Origin: an uncultured Gemmatimonadales bacterium
GTDB lineage: Bacteria > Gemmatimonadota > Gemmatimonadetes > Gemmatimonadales > Gemmatimonadaceae
Length of the DNA stretch: 64,000 nucleotides
Assembly (NCBI GenBank): GCA_963850905.1
Contig: CAWKMU010000003.1
Location: forward strand, 2,560,001 to 2,624,000
Reading direction: 5' to 3'
In this document: positions 63,435 to 64,000 of the stretch, in pieces
How the letters are laid out: every line of letters begins with the position of its first letter
Numbering within the stretch: position 1 is the stretch's first letter
The notes under the pieces: generated by a model
Told to the model about the DNA's origin: nothing
The model's input: only the letters and a program-made list of their open reading frames with translations
Databases searched by the model: none
Translations under genes and position numbers: made by a program

Positions 63435-64000
63435 TCAGTAACGCCAGCTCCTCGTATCGCCACCGCTTGGTGCGGTCTTGATGATCCACGTAGCCATCGC
63501 GGGCATGAAGCGCTGATGGATGGTGAGTGCGCCATACAGGTTGGGGTGCGCCATGTCGCCGGTGAAGCAGTGCTCACGGCGGTCGCCGTAGATGACCTCG
63601 GCGTCGGCTGGCGGATTCTTGGCGGCTTTGAAGAAATCCTCGAGATAGTAGACGGCGTTGTTCAGATACCCGTTGTCCATCGTACCGCTGGTGACATGGA
63701 TCTTCCCCCGCAGCTTGGGGCCGAGCTTTGCCCAGTCACGCTCCATGATGTTCCGCAGGTCGTAGTGGTCTTTCCAATACTGCGCCACAGTCGGATCGAT
63801 CTGGCCGGTCAAGCGGTCGAACAGGGGCTTGAAGTATCCATCATCGCCGACCGGGCCGAAAACGGACTCCCATGCGTCGTGCTGGCCGCCTGAACGCCCG
63901 TGCGGCCCGCCGATCGCGAGCTCGACCTGGTTGCGGTCCATGAAGGTCGAGTAGAGACGGCCGCGATAGTCACGGTAGCCGGGCTTGTACGTGTGCTTCC
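63435..64000 (-). CDS. Putative esterase-like protein, C-terminal part (5' outside window)
   Basis: GRSGGQ.DAWE.VF.P, W...YDL, KLRGKIH...GTMD..YLN.AV. Confidence 0.6.
   Translation of the reverse strand, partial: KHTYKPGYRDYRGRLYSTFMDRNQVELAIGGPHGRSGGQHDAWESVFGPVGDDGYFKPLFDRLTGQIDPTVAQYWKDHYDLRNIMERDWAKLGPKLRGKIHVTSGTMDNGYLNNAVYYLEDFFKAAKNPPADAEVIYGDRREHCFTGDMAHPNLYGALTIHQRFMPAMATWIIKTAPSGGDTRSWRY

Noticed and set aside
399..63893. Many long antisense or alternate-frame ORFs (e.g. 399-1355, 11791-12996, 30785-32239, 45940-47301, 54647-55897)
   Set aside because: They shadow well-supported genes and are Arg/Pro/Ala-rich, as expected by chance in high-GC DNA

Overview
High-GC bacterial chromosome segment. 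Gene content (ADOP permease/PadR pair, TPR Ser/Thr kinase, many signal-peptide lipoproteins) suggests Gemmatimonadota; this is inference. A core block (nadK, recN, glycosidase, galK) ends at tRNA-Gly(GCC), and accessory DNA follows. (1) An 8,479-bp element sits between the tRNA and a copy of its 3' half. It encodes an SSB-like protein, primase-helicase, truncated MT-A70 MTase, S41 peptidase, TerS-like protein and a large terminase split into ATPase and nuclease genes. I found no integrase, portal or capsid. (2) A merR - thioredoxin/MerT fusion - UxxC selenoprotein operon lies behind a 20-bp-spacer mer promoter; the ORF track misses the selenoprotein. (3) Three dispersed promoters share one LysR-type architecture. 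They precede a PrsW protease plus repeat protein and two secreted low-complexity proteins with short tail-tube-like and Hcp-like motifs. A separate secreted protein looks like a mini spike-PAAR fusion. (4) Also present: tRNA-Leu(TAA), a periplasmic redox cluster (PQQ dehydrogenase, two cytochromes c, three NHL/PAL proteins, HupE/UreJ), pseudogene fragments, REPs and heptamer repeats. All family calls come from motif recognition by eye; no searches were run.
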